DNA of 63,951 nucleotides, counting the filler, from Choristocarpus tenellus KU-1152 (lineage: Eukaryota; Protista; Phaeophyceae): NCBI GenBank assembly GCA_964200185.2. It is 11 parts of 11 records of this genome, joined end to end, with 100 filler letters (N's around TTAATTAATTAA, not from the genome) between each part and the next. Parts side by side here need not be neighbours in the genome. Positions count along the whole stretch, not along the records: positions 7,703 to 19,102 come from CAXNAD020002336.1; positions 19,203 to 24,310 come from CAXNAD020011847.1; 9 more parts are not named here. One strand, 5' to 3'. A program made the translations under genes and the position numbers. The notes beneath the pieces are model-generated. The model was not told the origin of the DNA and ran no database searches. It saw only the letters and a list, made by a program, of their open reading frames with translations. Of this stretch, positions 12,254 to 24,410 are shown piece after piece (within the stretch, counting starts at the first letter, position 1; each line of letters opens with the position of its first letter).

Positions 12254-14099
12254 ATAGGAGGGGATGAAGGGGGAAATGAAGGTCACGGGTACCCCAATAC
12301 ACCTTAGAGACATAGGGTAGGAGTCTTGGTAGGGTCTCAGGAAGAGCCTCGATGAAGGCCAAGCGGGTACACTGCTAAATACTTTTTTTACCATCCAGGC
12401 TATTGACCCATTCGCCATACTCTTTCCTTAGGCTAATGTCCAGTAGGGTACAGCCAACCCCAATTGGGACCCCTACACCAAACTGCTCCGTCCTACCAGA
12501 TTTTTTGCGTGAGTCTGCACAGAAGGCTGAAGCACATGCCCTTATAAAGAAAGGGCCACAGGCGACTGAGCAGCACTTCTCCCCAATGGCAGACAGCCTG
12601 GAATGTGGTGTGGAGCTTCCAAAAGACTCACAGTATCCTAGAGTGGGATCAAACGTCCATTGGGGGCCTGTGTGGATTCGTAGTGATTTTCATTTTTTAT
12701 GAGTGAACTTGTCAGATGTATGGGCAATTTTCTTCATCTGAACGCACCTTTCTTTTCCACACCACTGCCTGAACCAAATTCAAAGGAAAATCACCCTCAA
12801 AGCAGGCGTCAGACTGGGATATCATATAAAACCCTGTCAAGTCCTGAATGGGCAGCCTGGGCTAAGCATCCCCCCCTCTAGTGCGGACCAAACTCGGGAG
12901 GTAAAGAGGCTCGGGAGGTGTAGGCAAGCTTTCACAACTTCGCAAAAGCCTCCACCTCTTCTTCATGGCCAACGTCTATCGTGATCGCCAATCGGATATG
13001 ACTGGGCCGCAGTCCACAGGACCTGGATGCAGAATTGCTGTTCGGTTGCATGAAGCCATCTGGAGGGTGGAGGGAGATAGGGGTATACTCCCCCTCAAGG
13101 TGACTGTACTTTGTTCCCCACACCCTGTGTTCGTTGCTAGTCTGTCCTTACCTTCCATTAATTGCTCCCTTGATCTCATGTATCTCTCCATCGGGTGCTT
13201 GGGAACTAGTCTTACATCCTTCAAAGAAATTAAAGGAATGAACAATAGTATTATTAATACTTTGAAGAACTACATTATTTGTCTGATGTTACTTGTGGAT
13301 GATCCTTCTCTGTGGTCAGAGGTACTGCACATTATACTACTTCTCATACTACTAACTACTAACTGATCCACTACGGTTAATTATCCTTCATCCATTGGTG
13401 TCTTCTTTATCACATAAGGGTTCACACTTCCACACCTTCTCCCTCCGTCGCCCCCCTTTAATCTTCAGTTGATCTTGGCTAGGCATTCTTGTGATATACC
13501 ATAGAGAGATAGAGAGGATGGTATTAATAGCACAGGTGTACAATCTGTTATGTTTCCCATCTAGAGTAGCATTTTCGAAAACAGATTTTCGTGAAAATAA
13601 TTCTGGGGTCGACGGGGCTCGCACTCACTAAATTCATATAGGTCACACCTTACGAAGGCGTTCAACAAAAAATGTCTATATAGGATCTCTAATTAGAGGA
13701 TGAGAGGTTGGTCAAGTGAGATATTTTTTAAATGTACCATTGTGACTGAGGTGATCGAGAGCTCAGGGTCGCGAATGCTGGCAAAATAAATAAAACATCC
13801 ACAAATATATTATGCTCGAGTGATGTCCCTCAGTTGGGGCCTGCAGTCATTGCAGTGTCTGGGGTGACAGGAGCAAGGCAAATAGAAGCTAACACAGAAA
13901 AAAAACACCATATACCACTCTACCCGAGCCTCATCTATTTAGATAGAGGACCTACATCCAGCAGAATTGGGAAAAAGACTACACAGGGTTCTGTGTTTGT
14001 GTTACAGGCAGTATGTATTAATAGCGGTTTCATTATCGCCATTATGACTTTGAAGTCCTAGATTTAATCTATTTGTACTTTCTGACTATTTATGCTTTA

Positions 14100-14640
14100 G
14101 TTATCATGAGGCGACCAGCATTGAACGAGTATTTTTTAGTCCTATTTTTACACCTTGATGATAACCATGAAGCGAATGATCGAAGTGAGAGATCCAGCAT
14201 ATTTTACAACAATTACATTATGGAACCTTTCTACTAGCTTCATGGTTTACATATAGACTTGTGGATTGGAACTATACATCCCACCATGGTAACCTTGCGG
14301 AGCATTTGTAACATGGAGGTCCTACCATGCCTCTTCAGATCTGATAGAAAACTTAGCTTACCGCATTTGTGAACTACCTGGAATGGTACGGACTTGTTTC
14401 CGTCTCTACTTCTCTTAAATTGAGGGGAAAGGCTCTACATCGTCACATCTGTGGTCCACCCTCACCAAGGAATGGAGCTTGTGACCACGAATGAGATACC
14501 CACTCACGTTCACTTTAATGGCATGTTCTGGAGCGCATGGCTTTGGGGTCTCTTTTTATGAACTTGAGGTTAGGCAAGAGTGCGGGCCACCTTGCTGTGT
14601 CCACTGGGTCACACCAATGACCTTTGTCCCAGATCATAAT
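14100..14640 (-). mobile_element. Decayed Ty3/Gypsy RT fragment
   Basis: Minus strand FDHSLHGYHQG resembles the LDLxxGYHQ RT motif; the surrounding sequence is full of stops. Confidence 0.35.
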
Positions 14641-15074
14641 CTCGAGGTCCCAAGATCATAATGGTTGGTGGTGCTGGCAGCAACACTGTTGCGTGTTCCA
14701 CATGTCCCAGTTTCCTGTAGTGTAGATTTCGCCTTATTCAGGTACTCACCCTTATCGTCCGTTGTTGCCCTCGCTGTTTGTTTGGATTCTCCTGCTTTGC
14801 AATCATTACCTTCAGGTACAGAAATAACCACCAGTTCAATCAGTCACAATTCAATCGCGGGTGACTAAGAGAATACAAGGTGCGCATTGTCGGTGACCTG
14901 CAGGTACCTGCGTCCAAAAGTCATGGAATTACAAAAAAGGAAAAACGACACTACGTACTCAAGAAATTTTTTCGGTTTCAAGTCACAGTATTAGAGGGTA
15001 CATCTTGAAGACGGACACTAGGAGAATTCAGCAGGAAAAAATGATTCGCTTCTCTCAAGGGTAACAAATGTACA

Positions 15075-15507
15075 CTCGGAAGATTGGAACTGGGGATCAC
15101 CCTATTGCAAGTCAAAATAGAGAAGATATATGCCTTGTAAATTTTGAAACAGACCGTCAGAAGGAACAAGTCTGCACTCTGATTAGGCTAGATGCAAACT
15201 GAGCATGAATGTATCCTGTGACTCTTAGGAGGGACATTCCCAAAGGAAGCAAAGATATACATTGATCGCACTTGTGATTGGGAAGATCGGAACTGTGGAT
15301 CCAGTATTTGTAGGCCAATTGAGAAATGTACTCTTCTTACTTTTGAAGGTGTGCTTCGAAAAGAACAAGTTTATACTCAGACTAGTTCAGACACAAACTT
15401 TTTGTTATTGTCCTGTCACTTTTGGAGTGAACACTCCCAAAGGAAACAAGGGGATACCTCAATCGTTGTTAGAAGCACTGGGTAATTTGGAACTGGAGTC
15501 CCAGTGA
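15075..15507 (+). repeat. Degenerate ~200-bp tandem repeat (about 2 units plus the start of a third)
   Basis: The anchor ggaaga(t)tggaactg(g)ggatc recurs at ~15078, ~15280 and ~15480; cctgt(g/c)act...cccaaaggaa(g/a)caa recurs at ~15215 and ~15415. Confidence 0.6.
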
Positions 15508-15554
15508 AACTTATTTGGAGTCGAATATTTTGTTACAAGACGGTACATAGGTTA

Positions 15555-15800
15555 CCTCCACAGAATGTGCAGCTCTACTCCACAAGCCTATAGATGGTGC
15601 TTATGCACGTACAGGACGCCTGAGGCATACCGATAGCCTGATGACGAGCGAGGATGGTGGTTCTCAGGTTAGCAGATAAACGTTGAGTTCCTTTAGATGT
15701 AAGTGTATACAACAACAAGGTGAATATATAGCGCAAGTATTTCTTCTCGCGCTCTAACCAGTGCAACCAGAAAATGCGCGCGTGGAACCCCAAAAGGGGG
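15555..15800 (-). mobile_element. Non-LTR retrotransposon RT fragment
   Basis: LGFHARIFWL...QAIGMPQASCTCISTIYRLV resembles the LINE RT segment GFR..IF.L...L..IGIP......I.ALY. A second copy is at 57562-57675. Confidence 0.5.
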
Positions 15801-15867
15801 AACTCCGATTTACTAAAAGTTCCACAGTAAGATCTGCTAATAGAATAAAATACTTTTCAGATGTATT

Positions 15868-16171
15868 TGTTGGAATATTCTCTAACTCGTGTATGAATGG
15901 AAGAGATAAATACAAAATGTTGTAGAGTGATTTAGCCTTCTCTCACGCTCCCTCTCCAAAATCGAACACTTATGTTTTACAGAGTGATTATTCCCAAGCA
16001 TATATGCAACCTTATACAACCAAAAAAGACCATGCTTAATGGAATTAATTCCTATCTGTCCGTTCGTATATAAAAATAAATATGTGTTAACCAATTAATA
16101 ATTCTTGTATTCTGACTGTGAATATATACTACTAATGATATTTGTTACAGTTCGAGGAGTCTATTCGAACA
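15868..16171 (-). repeat. 3' LTR of the Copia element (304 bp)
   Basis: TG...CA ends with inverted termini tgttggaata / tattcgaaca. On the minus strand it is preceded by a purine tract (aaagagga) downstream of RNase H. Confidence 0.7.
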
Positions 16172-18050
16172 TCCTCTTTAGCTCAAACAACTCTAAACGG
16201 TCACTAGACATAACTAGATACTAAACTTACTGAAGAAGAAAATCCAAACGAACACGAAGAATTCAAAATCCAACGAAAAACAATCCACCAAATATAGTTT
16301 AAATTCAGCAAAGCCCCTGCATGCCTCCAAAAAAATTCCTCTGGTAGGGATTTGGTCAGCACATGTGCATGCTGCTCATCTGAGTCAACACGAACTATCT
16401 GTATTTGCTCATTTGCGACCAAGTCCCTCAGGAAATGGTGTGCTTGGACCTGCCAAAACTCAAAGGTTTTTTGCCAAATGGATGACCCCTTTGCTGTCCC
16501 CATACATCACGTAACAAGATCCAGAAACATCAGGTCGAACAAATTCCGACACACCCCTCAAAAACAACAACCCCTTCGCACAGTCCCCCATGGCTATGTA
16601 CTCAGCCCCTGCAGTTGTCTGTGCAGTGATGTACTGGGTCTTAGAAAGCAAGGCTATTTCTCCCTCCCCCACACCACTGCCCCCCGAATACAGAACGTCT
16701 GTCAAAAGTGTCATTGGCGAAGTCTGCATTAGCATAGGTCACTAGTTTCAGTTCTGCTCCTTTCTCATAAGTTAAACCCAACTCCTGCGTTCCTTTGAGG
16801 TAATTGAGGATCTGGGTCACAGCTCTCCATTGGACACAACTTGGAGCATGTGAGTGATGGACTACAGCTCTCATTGCATTAGCCACATCTGGCCTGGTCA
16901 TGTTACTGACCCACATCAATCCCCCAACTGCCTCACGAAAAGGGCAATCCTCTGAGAGGGTGTCTCCCTCTCTAATTCCCAGCTTTCTAACTCAATGCAA
17001 GGTTCGTGGACTAGATTGGGAAGAAAGTCTTCCAACTGGTGAGCTGCAGTACAGGCAGACGTTGGGTCAGCACCTGCCTGAGGCAAGTGCTGTGAACTCA
17101 AGGATGAGATATATCCTACACTCCCTTCACCGTCTCAGGTAGTGTCTCTGGATAGACTCATGTCAACCTGACCTCCCTCCTCATCATCAGGCGAAGGGTC
17201 AACAGCCAGATATTTGACAATCTGACCTACACTCCCTTCACAAAGATGGGAGGATCATTAGTCAAACTATCTCCTTTGTTGTCAAACGGATGGCCTCTCA
17301 CCTAGTTCAAACCTGTCCCCGCTTCTGTCACTACAGGAAGAATCATCAGATAGGGATGAAGGGGAGAAGCGAGATGAGCAAATAGACTGTACATCTAACG
17401 GTGGGCCACCTTCTTCGGGATTGGAAAGCTTGTCCTCAGAACAAGGGTATGTATAAAGCCCTCCGCCCCCCTTTCGCAAATCAGGGGCAACCTCTCCTAC
17501 TGGGGCAAGACTGGGGTCATTAGTGGACAGCCAGGTCAGGTTACGCGTTGTAACAATGGTACCGGTCGGAGTAAGAACATGGTACGCATCATGGGGGTGA
17601 TTGATCCCCGGCCCTGAGTAAAAACTCTGTTGAGTCGTTTGGAAAGTCTTACAGGTCTTACTGAGATGGCAAAAACCAGGTTGAAGAAATTGGTAGGTCA
17701 ACAGGGGTGTAGGGGTGCCATACCCCATTTCATACGGTGATTTACAACCAGGATTGGCCGTGGTTGATGTGTGGTTGAGTGATTCACAGATATAGTGTTG
17801 AACTTCAGTCCAGAGAGAATCTATCTTGGGGATAGTGACGTGGGGGGAAGTAGTGGAGCTTGAAGGTGGGCAGCTAATGAAGCTTTATCAATGATACCCA
17901 GCATGCATTCAGCAACCCCATTAAATTGAGGGCTGTCTCCAGGTGTGAACTCCTGTTTGATCCTGTGTTCACGGCAAAGAACACCGAAAGCACCCTCATA
18001 AAACTCCCCCTCGTTATCAAAACGCATGAACATGACCCAAGAGGGAGTAC
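15868..18050 (-). mobile_element. Ty1/Copia LTR retrotransposon relic (integrase, RT end, RNase H, LTR), internally deleted
   Basis: RFDNEGEF...QEFTPGDSPQFNGVAE (integrase); TRPDVANA...ILNYLKGT (RT end); YANADFANDTFDRRSV, AEYIAM and HHFLRDLV...QHAHVLTKSL (RNase H). INT-RT-RH order is diagnostic of Copia. Frameshifted. Confidence 0.92.
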
Positions 18051-18829
18051 CATCAGCCTAGATATTGGCCAGGTACTTCTTGATCCTCCAGCCGTTGAAC
18101 TTCCAGTCACAAAAGCGTGACTGTTCTTGGTTTTCGATGGAAAGTTGCTTGTCCTTGACAATATTGGTGCATAAGTCTCACAGATCGTCTTCCTGATGTC
18201 CACTGGAGACAACGAGCTCCAAGAAGCCATCATGCATAACTCAGTGTCATAAATATATCTGAGCGCACTCAGAAACTGAAGCAGTATTTTGTCACAGATG
18301 AAGAGGCCCATTGTCATTATCTGGCTCCATAAGAACTAAAGTTCCGTTAAAGTGAGGAGTGAGTTAGCCCCCTTCTCCACCTTTGAAGAGAAGAATTACC
18401 GAAACACTAGCGGAGTAATCACATCCGATGCAATCGACGTCGAAGGACAACCAAGACCACCCTGAACCCGGGGAAAAACGAACTAGGACCGGGCAGAAAT
18501 AGGGGTGCCTTGCAGAATCTGATTCCCCGGAAACTGTAGGAATAAGAAGTCGAGAAGAAACTAGGGACTTGTGGTGTAGGGCAGACTCAGATGTAATAGA
18601 GAGAGCAAATAAGACCCAACACTTTAAATACTCAGGGTCAGCACACCAAAAGTTGCCACAAGCAGGACATGTAACAACTGTTGCATCTGCTCTTTATTTT
18701 TCCCCCAAACCGGTTTTGGGCGTGGGTGACATTTCTTTTACACCTCAAATGTGTTGTTCCACTTTGTCATACTGTTGGCACACATCAGCAGTCCAACACT
18801 ATTCTAACTCCCCTCGCGTGCTAAATGTT

Positions 18830-19102
18830 TCATCTCACCGCGTAAGAATTCCTGGGTATGTTGAAAATGAACCTTTTAGGAGCATTACTGTTGATACTTC
18901 TACTGACATTGCAGTAATATCTCTCATATATATTGAAGCCCACCCAACACTTTGCAAGGCACCCATTCGGAAGATTCCAGTAGGCGCTCTGAATTTAGAA
19001 GGAGCAGGTGGTAGACCTCTCTCTGTTAATGGTTTCATTCAATTTACGCTACAACTTCGTGACATATCAATGCCTGTCCAAGCAGTGGTCATACCTAATC
19101 TG
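18830..19102 (+). mobile_element. Ty3/Gypsy-type aspartic protease fragment, cut by the contig end
   Basis: ITVDTSTDIAVIS (degenerate DTG) ... LEGAGGRPLSVNG...FTLQL...AVVIPNL. Confidence 0.7.
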
Positions 19103-19202
19103 NNNNNNNNNNNNNNNNNNNNNNNNNNNNNNNNNNNNNNNNNNNNTTAATTAATTAANNNNNNNNNNNNNNNNNNNNNNNNNNNNNNNNNNNNNNNNNN
19201 NN
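19103..19202. other. Artificial contig spacer
   Basis: N44-TTAATTAATTAA-N44. Confidence 0.97.
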
Positions 19203-19285
19203 CCTCGACCCCACCCAACCCCACCGCCGTCTTTGTCTTCCGCAATATTCAGCCGCGTGCAAGCTCATCCTCGAATCCCGCGGAA

Positions 19286-19777
19286 ATGGCCTTGTTCCCG
19301 CTTGAAGGGAAAGACTACAAAGTCGGCGGAAATGACCTCCCTGCGTGGGGTGATCTCCAAGTGTGCAACTCTCGATCAGAGGCCTTCAGTTCGATCTCTC
19401 CTGAAGACTAAGGAGAACAGTACATTCGTCTACTTCATGTGGCCAACAACAGACAGCTCAAGCGCATGCTTTCGCCTGGAGTGGAGGTGTGTGGGCCGGG
19501 CGCAGAGCTCTACTTGCGCGTGGCAGCCACTTGCCCTCTCTACTACATGCGTTGGACCGAGAAGGCAGACGACGCGAACATCGAATTCACGTCAAAAGTG
19601 CCACAGAGCGGAAGTCGTCAACAGGTGGTCCTCCTCCCCTTCTCCCAGGTTGGCCCCGGACAGATGTTCGTCACGCCCATGGTCAGGAGGGTGTGCAAAC
19701 CCCAGGCAAAGCATGACACCAGATCACCATTCAACGCACTCCCGGGTCTTAGGGTAGGGCGTTGGTGTGGTGTATGA
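19286..19777 (+). pseudogene. Intronless GC-rich reading frame of unknown function with one in-frame TAA
   Basis: MALFPLEGKDYKVGGNDLPAWG...PED*GEQYIRLLHVANNRQLKRML... The ATG at 19286 is in frame with ORF 19439-19777; the stop is at 19409-19411. Codon pattern looks coding. Confidence 0.35.
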
Positions 19778-20772
19778 ACAAACATATCGTGGAATCCGTT
19801 CATTGTGCTTGTTGTGTGAAATTGGATAATCGAAACAAAATTTTCGTGAAAAAAATCTGACGCGAAAGGGGTTAGGGTTAGGGTTAGAACCATCGAAATT
19901 CATGTAGAGCTAAAGTGTTAAGGTGCCAAGTTCTCTGCTCAAAGGGGGCAATCACAATCACTGGATGAAACTCTTTCACCTCAGAGGGTGAGACCGAGTT
20001 TCAAGGTCTTGGCTCTAATCTCATAACAGATCAGTAAATCCAGTACAGACCAACTTTTTCAGAACATGACAGGTGTTCCAGAATGACTGAGCAGCGCCAC
20101 AGCAAAGAAATGGATTTGTCAGAATCGGAATAGTTCTTCGTTCTGAGGATCCATTTTGGCTGTTTGGTCAAATCCGGATCTCATGAGAGTGACTGTTTCT
20201 TTGGACTGGTCGGTATGGATGAGCTCAAATGACGTGTTTTGCGCGCGCAATTGTATCTGACCGCGCGTCTTATACACAAGGTGCGTGTCGGAGATCCCAA
20301 AAAAGGAACCTGTCCCTGACAGTAGAAACAGATCATAATCTCACTTCCTAATAACCCACACTCATCAACAACGTACCAGCCGTTACGTGTAGATTATTAT
20401 GTTACAAGGTACGTTTTCCCATCCATGGACAGAAGTGAGAGTGAACTCTAAACCAAATTCAAAAAATTGTTCATGTTGTGTTTTCCAGTCCTACTCTTGT
20501 GCACAAACCTTCACTCTCTGCGCCAGGGACCTCCGTCACCCCGTCCCTGTAGATCGTTTATGCATACATCGAAGGCAAGCGGCGTTGAGGTAAAAATAAG
20601 TTTTTCTCTTCATGTCGACCTCTCGTCCTGTTTGTCCCCCCCTTCTTTCAATACCAAACGAGTTCTCACTACTGTAAGTCTCGAGTAGCAGTGCTCAAGG
20701 ATACTCGCATCCCTTACCTTCCACTTATCCAATCTCCCTCTTTCCTCCCGGGACTGTTGAAAGAAGGTAGAA

Positions 20773-20922
20773 ATGATAATGACGGAGAAAACGCGATCAG
20801 GGGTAGGTACGATGGGCGTGGGAGGGAACACTCCTGAGGGGGATATAGAAGACGTACCTGTCGATGTGCTGGGCAAGTATCGCAGACACAGAAAGGGATA
20901 TCATGGATTCACAACTAATGAG
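20773..20922 (+). CDS. MUTYH: A/G-specific adenine DNA glycosylase (MutY/MUTYH), exon 1
   Basis: DIED...YHGF, similar to eukaryotic MUTYH N-termini. A phase-0 GT donor at 20923 splices in frame to exon 2. Confidence 0.7.
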
Positions 20923-21007
20923 GTGGGGAGAAATAGAGATAGATATTTTTTCGAGTTGTAGGTATGTTGATTGGTGAAAGGTTACCACAACTTTCACAAT
21001 CGTAGCT

Positions 21008-21400
21008 TTGTGCCTTGAGTTCAAGATCCAGCAAAGCCGTAGATGGTGCAGAGTTGAAGCGGAACAAATTTGTTATCCTGCTCGTGGTGGTATGGAAGGA
21101 GTAGTCAGTGCTTGCGAGCCCCTGGACATTCTTCTGGTAGTAGACATGTCGATAGTTGACAGTGGTGATGCAAGGACTCAACTCCAACAAATGTTTGCTG
21201 CTTGCTGCCAGCACACCAGTTGCTCTCGTGGGATCGAACTCAGGAAAAAGAGAAATGGAGGGCCTACTACTGTGTGTGACGTATATGGATTTGTCAACGA
21301 CTGGGAGGCTTGATCGGTTATTGAAACCTTGGTCAATCTAATTCGAAGCTGTATGTCTTTTGCATTCATCTTGTCGGCGACAAGTTCTTGTTAAGACAGT
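21008..21400 (+). mobile_element. RLE-type LINE C-terminal relic in MUTYH intron 1
   Basis: DILLVVDMSIVD...ELRKKR...YGF..W resembles the RLE PD..D...K...FG.W region. Confidence 0.35.
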
Positions 21401-21839
21401 AGAAGCTATGCTGCATATTCCTCCGCATTTAATCAAAAGATATTTCGACCTGTCAGCCCTTTTTTTTTTCTTTTTGCCCCAAGTTTCGCCTTTTTTTTAG
21501 CTTTTTTACCCCTATTAGGCCCAAATTTCGTGATGCTACAGTTCGACGTTGTATCTATATTTCACTGCACCAGAAACGGCCTTGGCACGAATATGAATGC
21601 CTTCACCATCACCCCCTTTGCAACCCTAAGTCCAACCAACCCCAGCATTGTGCTGCAAAGGAGACTTTCCAATCTCCACATTCTGGGCGACCCTCCTCAC
21701 TCCCAACCTTGCACTGCTATAACGTTTTTCGATTTTTGGGAACCTCTGTCCACGTACACAAGAACACGTTTATTGCAGAGCACAGCACCAGCCGGCTAAA
21801 ACGTTATCACAAACTCTTTCTACCATCCCATGGGGCCAG

Positions 21840-21928
21840 GTGCAGGACTTGCGCAAGTCGCTGCTATCGTGGTACAGAGAGAACCGACGCCTCCTCCCTT
21901 GGAGAGGAGATCCCCCACCATGGACAAG
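21840..21928 (+). CDS. MUTYH: MUTYH exon 2
   Basis: VQDLRKSLLSWYRENRRLLPWRGDPPPW matches the MutY LLxWY...RxLPWR signature; CAG acceptor and GT donor. Confidence 0.88.
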
Positions 21929-22529
21929 GTGTGCTTTTCAAACATCTAAGAGTCACTATCAGTTCTGTGCCTGGTCAAAGTCATACGCAACATACGAAAG
22001 ACAGCACAGTTGCGTTTTTTTTTTCTGGAGTGGGCATTGATTACGCTGGTATAGAGCACCCTGCAATTGTGTTAACAGCACTAGGTCTGGCCTTAACTCG
22101 GCCAGAGATGCTCAGTGTTCTGATGCTTCTGATCCAATAGTAGAAACACCATTGTGAGTGGGCTGACATATTGTTGTTTACAGTGACTGATAGATGCTCT
22201 GGAGGTGGAGGGTGAGTTGGAGTGGAAGGGGGGGGGGGAAGGGGCATGGAGGGTGCCATTGATTTTTGCGATGATTTCTTGTGTACTTTCACATACTTAA
22301 ATGGCGTGTCTATCTGCCTTTTCCCGAATCCCTGCCTTGCTCCTTCCTGAGTATGATGAGAAGGATCCCGCATCAGCCGTGATGATTCTTGCTTTACCTT
22401 TGGGTCGAAAACATTTTGCAATGCCTTGGACTGGTTTTTCTCAACAAACAGTCTAGTGCTCTCTCTGCATCTCTGCAATGAAAAAAGAAATGTACATGTA
22501 TATGTTTGTCTGTTTGTTTTTTGGTACAG

Positions 22530-22770
22530 GAGTGCTGATGGGGATGTCTCTGGAGGTTCCAAGATTCAAAGGGCAGGAAAAAGAAAGTCCGGGAAGGGTG
22601 TGGTTGGCAAGGGGACGCAGCACAGCATCACATCATTTTTTAATTCCCAGAATGGAAATGGGACTGGGGGAAGTGGTGGTGAAGGTTTGGTGAAGGGCAA
22701 GGGAAATTCGTCAGAGGAGAAGAGTACTGGAGGGGAGGGTGGGAAGAAGACAGCAGCGGTAACGATAGAG
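22530..22770 (+). CDS. MUTYH: MUTYH exon 3: low-complexity insertion with PIP-box-like motif; gene continues off the contig
   Basis: Phase-compatible with exon 2 (AG|G = Arg), polypyrimidine tract plus CAG acceptor, GT donor at 22771. Encodes G/K-rich sequence containing QHSITSFF. Confidence 0.7.
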
Positions 22771-24310
22771 GTGGGTTGTGCATTCTCTGTGGAGATAGTG
22801 GACTTGTGAGGGTATACATCACTAGTTCTCAGGGTTCAGGAGATGTACTGGATTGCCTTTTACTGCTCCCGGAGTTTGCCGGTATTGATTCCTTGCTGTT
22901 AACAGCTCTCGGTGACACTTCTTGTCTACAACCCAGCTCGAGATGCCTGGACTGTTGATGCGATTCTCACCACACCCCACGGATGAGTCTGGAATGCGTG
23001 CTCTCTGAACCTAGGCCCACGCATGTTCGGCTCTTGGCAGCAGTTGAAATTGCTGTTTAATTAATTACCGAAATGGGAATCTTTCCTTTTAATGCTGCAG
23101 TTGGTTGGCCTCGATGAGTGCCGTGTACATACATGTGCAAGGGGGGCGAGCTAACCTCTCTCTGCCTCTCTCCTCGCAGGAACGCTGACGTGCGCATGAA
23201 CGCACGTGCTGCTAAAAAATAATATATATATATTTATTTATTTATTTTTTCTTTAATGCTCACCGTGTATAGACCTCTCGATGCGTGCCTGCCTGCCTGC
23301 CTGCCTGCGTGCGCGCTCTCCTCTCTGTCACTCCGCTTTGAAGGTTTTGGTTCTACTACCTCCTGACCGTACTTTTTATTTTTTATTTTTCTATGTTGCA
23401 TTAATTATTTTTATTATTATTTATTTTTTAGTATCGATCTTTATACTCCTCTCCCGTCTGGTGCACAGAAGTGGTTGGGAGGTTATCCTATTAGGGTTAG
23501 GGTTAGTAGCCCCGCTCTGCGCGAGGGGAGTACGTACACTGTGGAACGGTTAGTTACATTGGTGACTGTTTTGTTTTTCGATTTTGTTGCTCTTTCCTTT
23601 AGTGTACCTTTTTTTTGGTATTGCTTTGTGTCTCTTCTACTGTCGATACCCTTTTTTGTCCAACTGTCTGACTGGATTATCTGAAGTGGCACCTTTTTCT
23701 GTCGACAGGATCAGTGCTTACACAGTACCTCTTTTTATCATCTCGACTCAAGGGTATTGCCTGCGTCACACCTTCCTTTTTCTCCCTTCCTGCTTTTTCT
23801 TCCCCTATGTATTTGTGACAGTTTGCACTTGCACCATCCTCGGAGGTATCAGTGGATTCTATTTATTTATTTTTTGAAAGGTGTATAAACACAAAAAATG
23901 ATTTCGTTTGTACATGCCAAGGTTGATTCCTTTGTTGATGGTTGATGATACACATGGGGGAGCAAAATCCGTACCACTCGGTGGCACTCCGTAGCACTCT
24001 GTAGCATTTTTTATTTTATTTTTTTTACCTCTGTGCAGTAGTAGTGCTGTTGGCAATGTAATTTGTATGCTATCAATCACATCACAGCCAAAAGCTAGAG
24101 ATGACAGGAATACAATTATAGTCTGGAGGGCTCCGTAGCGCTACAGAATTTTGGAACACGAGTCGGGTTCACTACATAGTTCAGTGCAAATCGAAGAGAA
24201 CGCCTCGCTGTTGCACTTCTAGTCAAAACCCCACTACCAATGCTGCTAGCCTTGTGCATGGAGCTGTCTGTACAGGTTTGTTCTTACGACTGCTTACCTC
24301 ACACCTGTAC

Positions 24311-24410
24311 NNNNNNNNNNNNNNNNNNNNNNNNNNNNNNNNNNNNNNNNNNNNTTAATTAATTAANNNNNNNNNNNNNNNNNNNNNNNNNNNNNNNNNN
24401 NNNNNNNNNN
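24311..24410. other. Artificial contig spacer
   Basis: N44-TTAATTAATTAA-N44. Confidence 0.97.

Larger units (their letters stand above)
10697..12900 (-). mobile_element. CRE-like RLE LINE copy B (longer), interrupted by two MITEs
   Basis: Minus strand has a CCHC-like GCRRHNVDNRHACA*...QH, then PFNMDPNF-RMDVV (restored when the 11397-11654 MITE is removed), AAAVAEVRKCTH, FALESF, and the shared 3'UTR/(TAA)n tail at 10697. Extent beyond ~12250 is less certain. Confidence 0.7.

Noticed and set aside
19868-19888. True telomere
   Set aside because: Only ~3 units, embedded internally with sequence on both sides.
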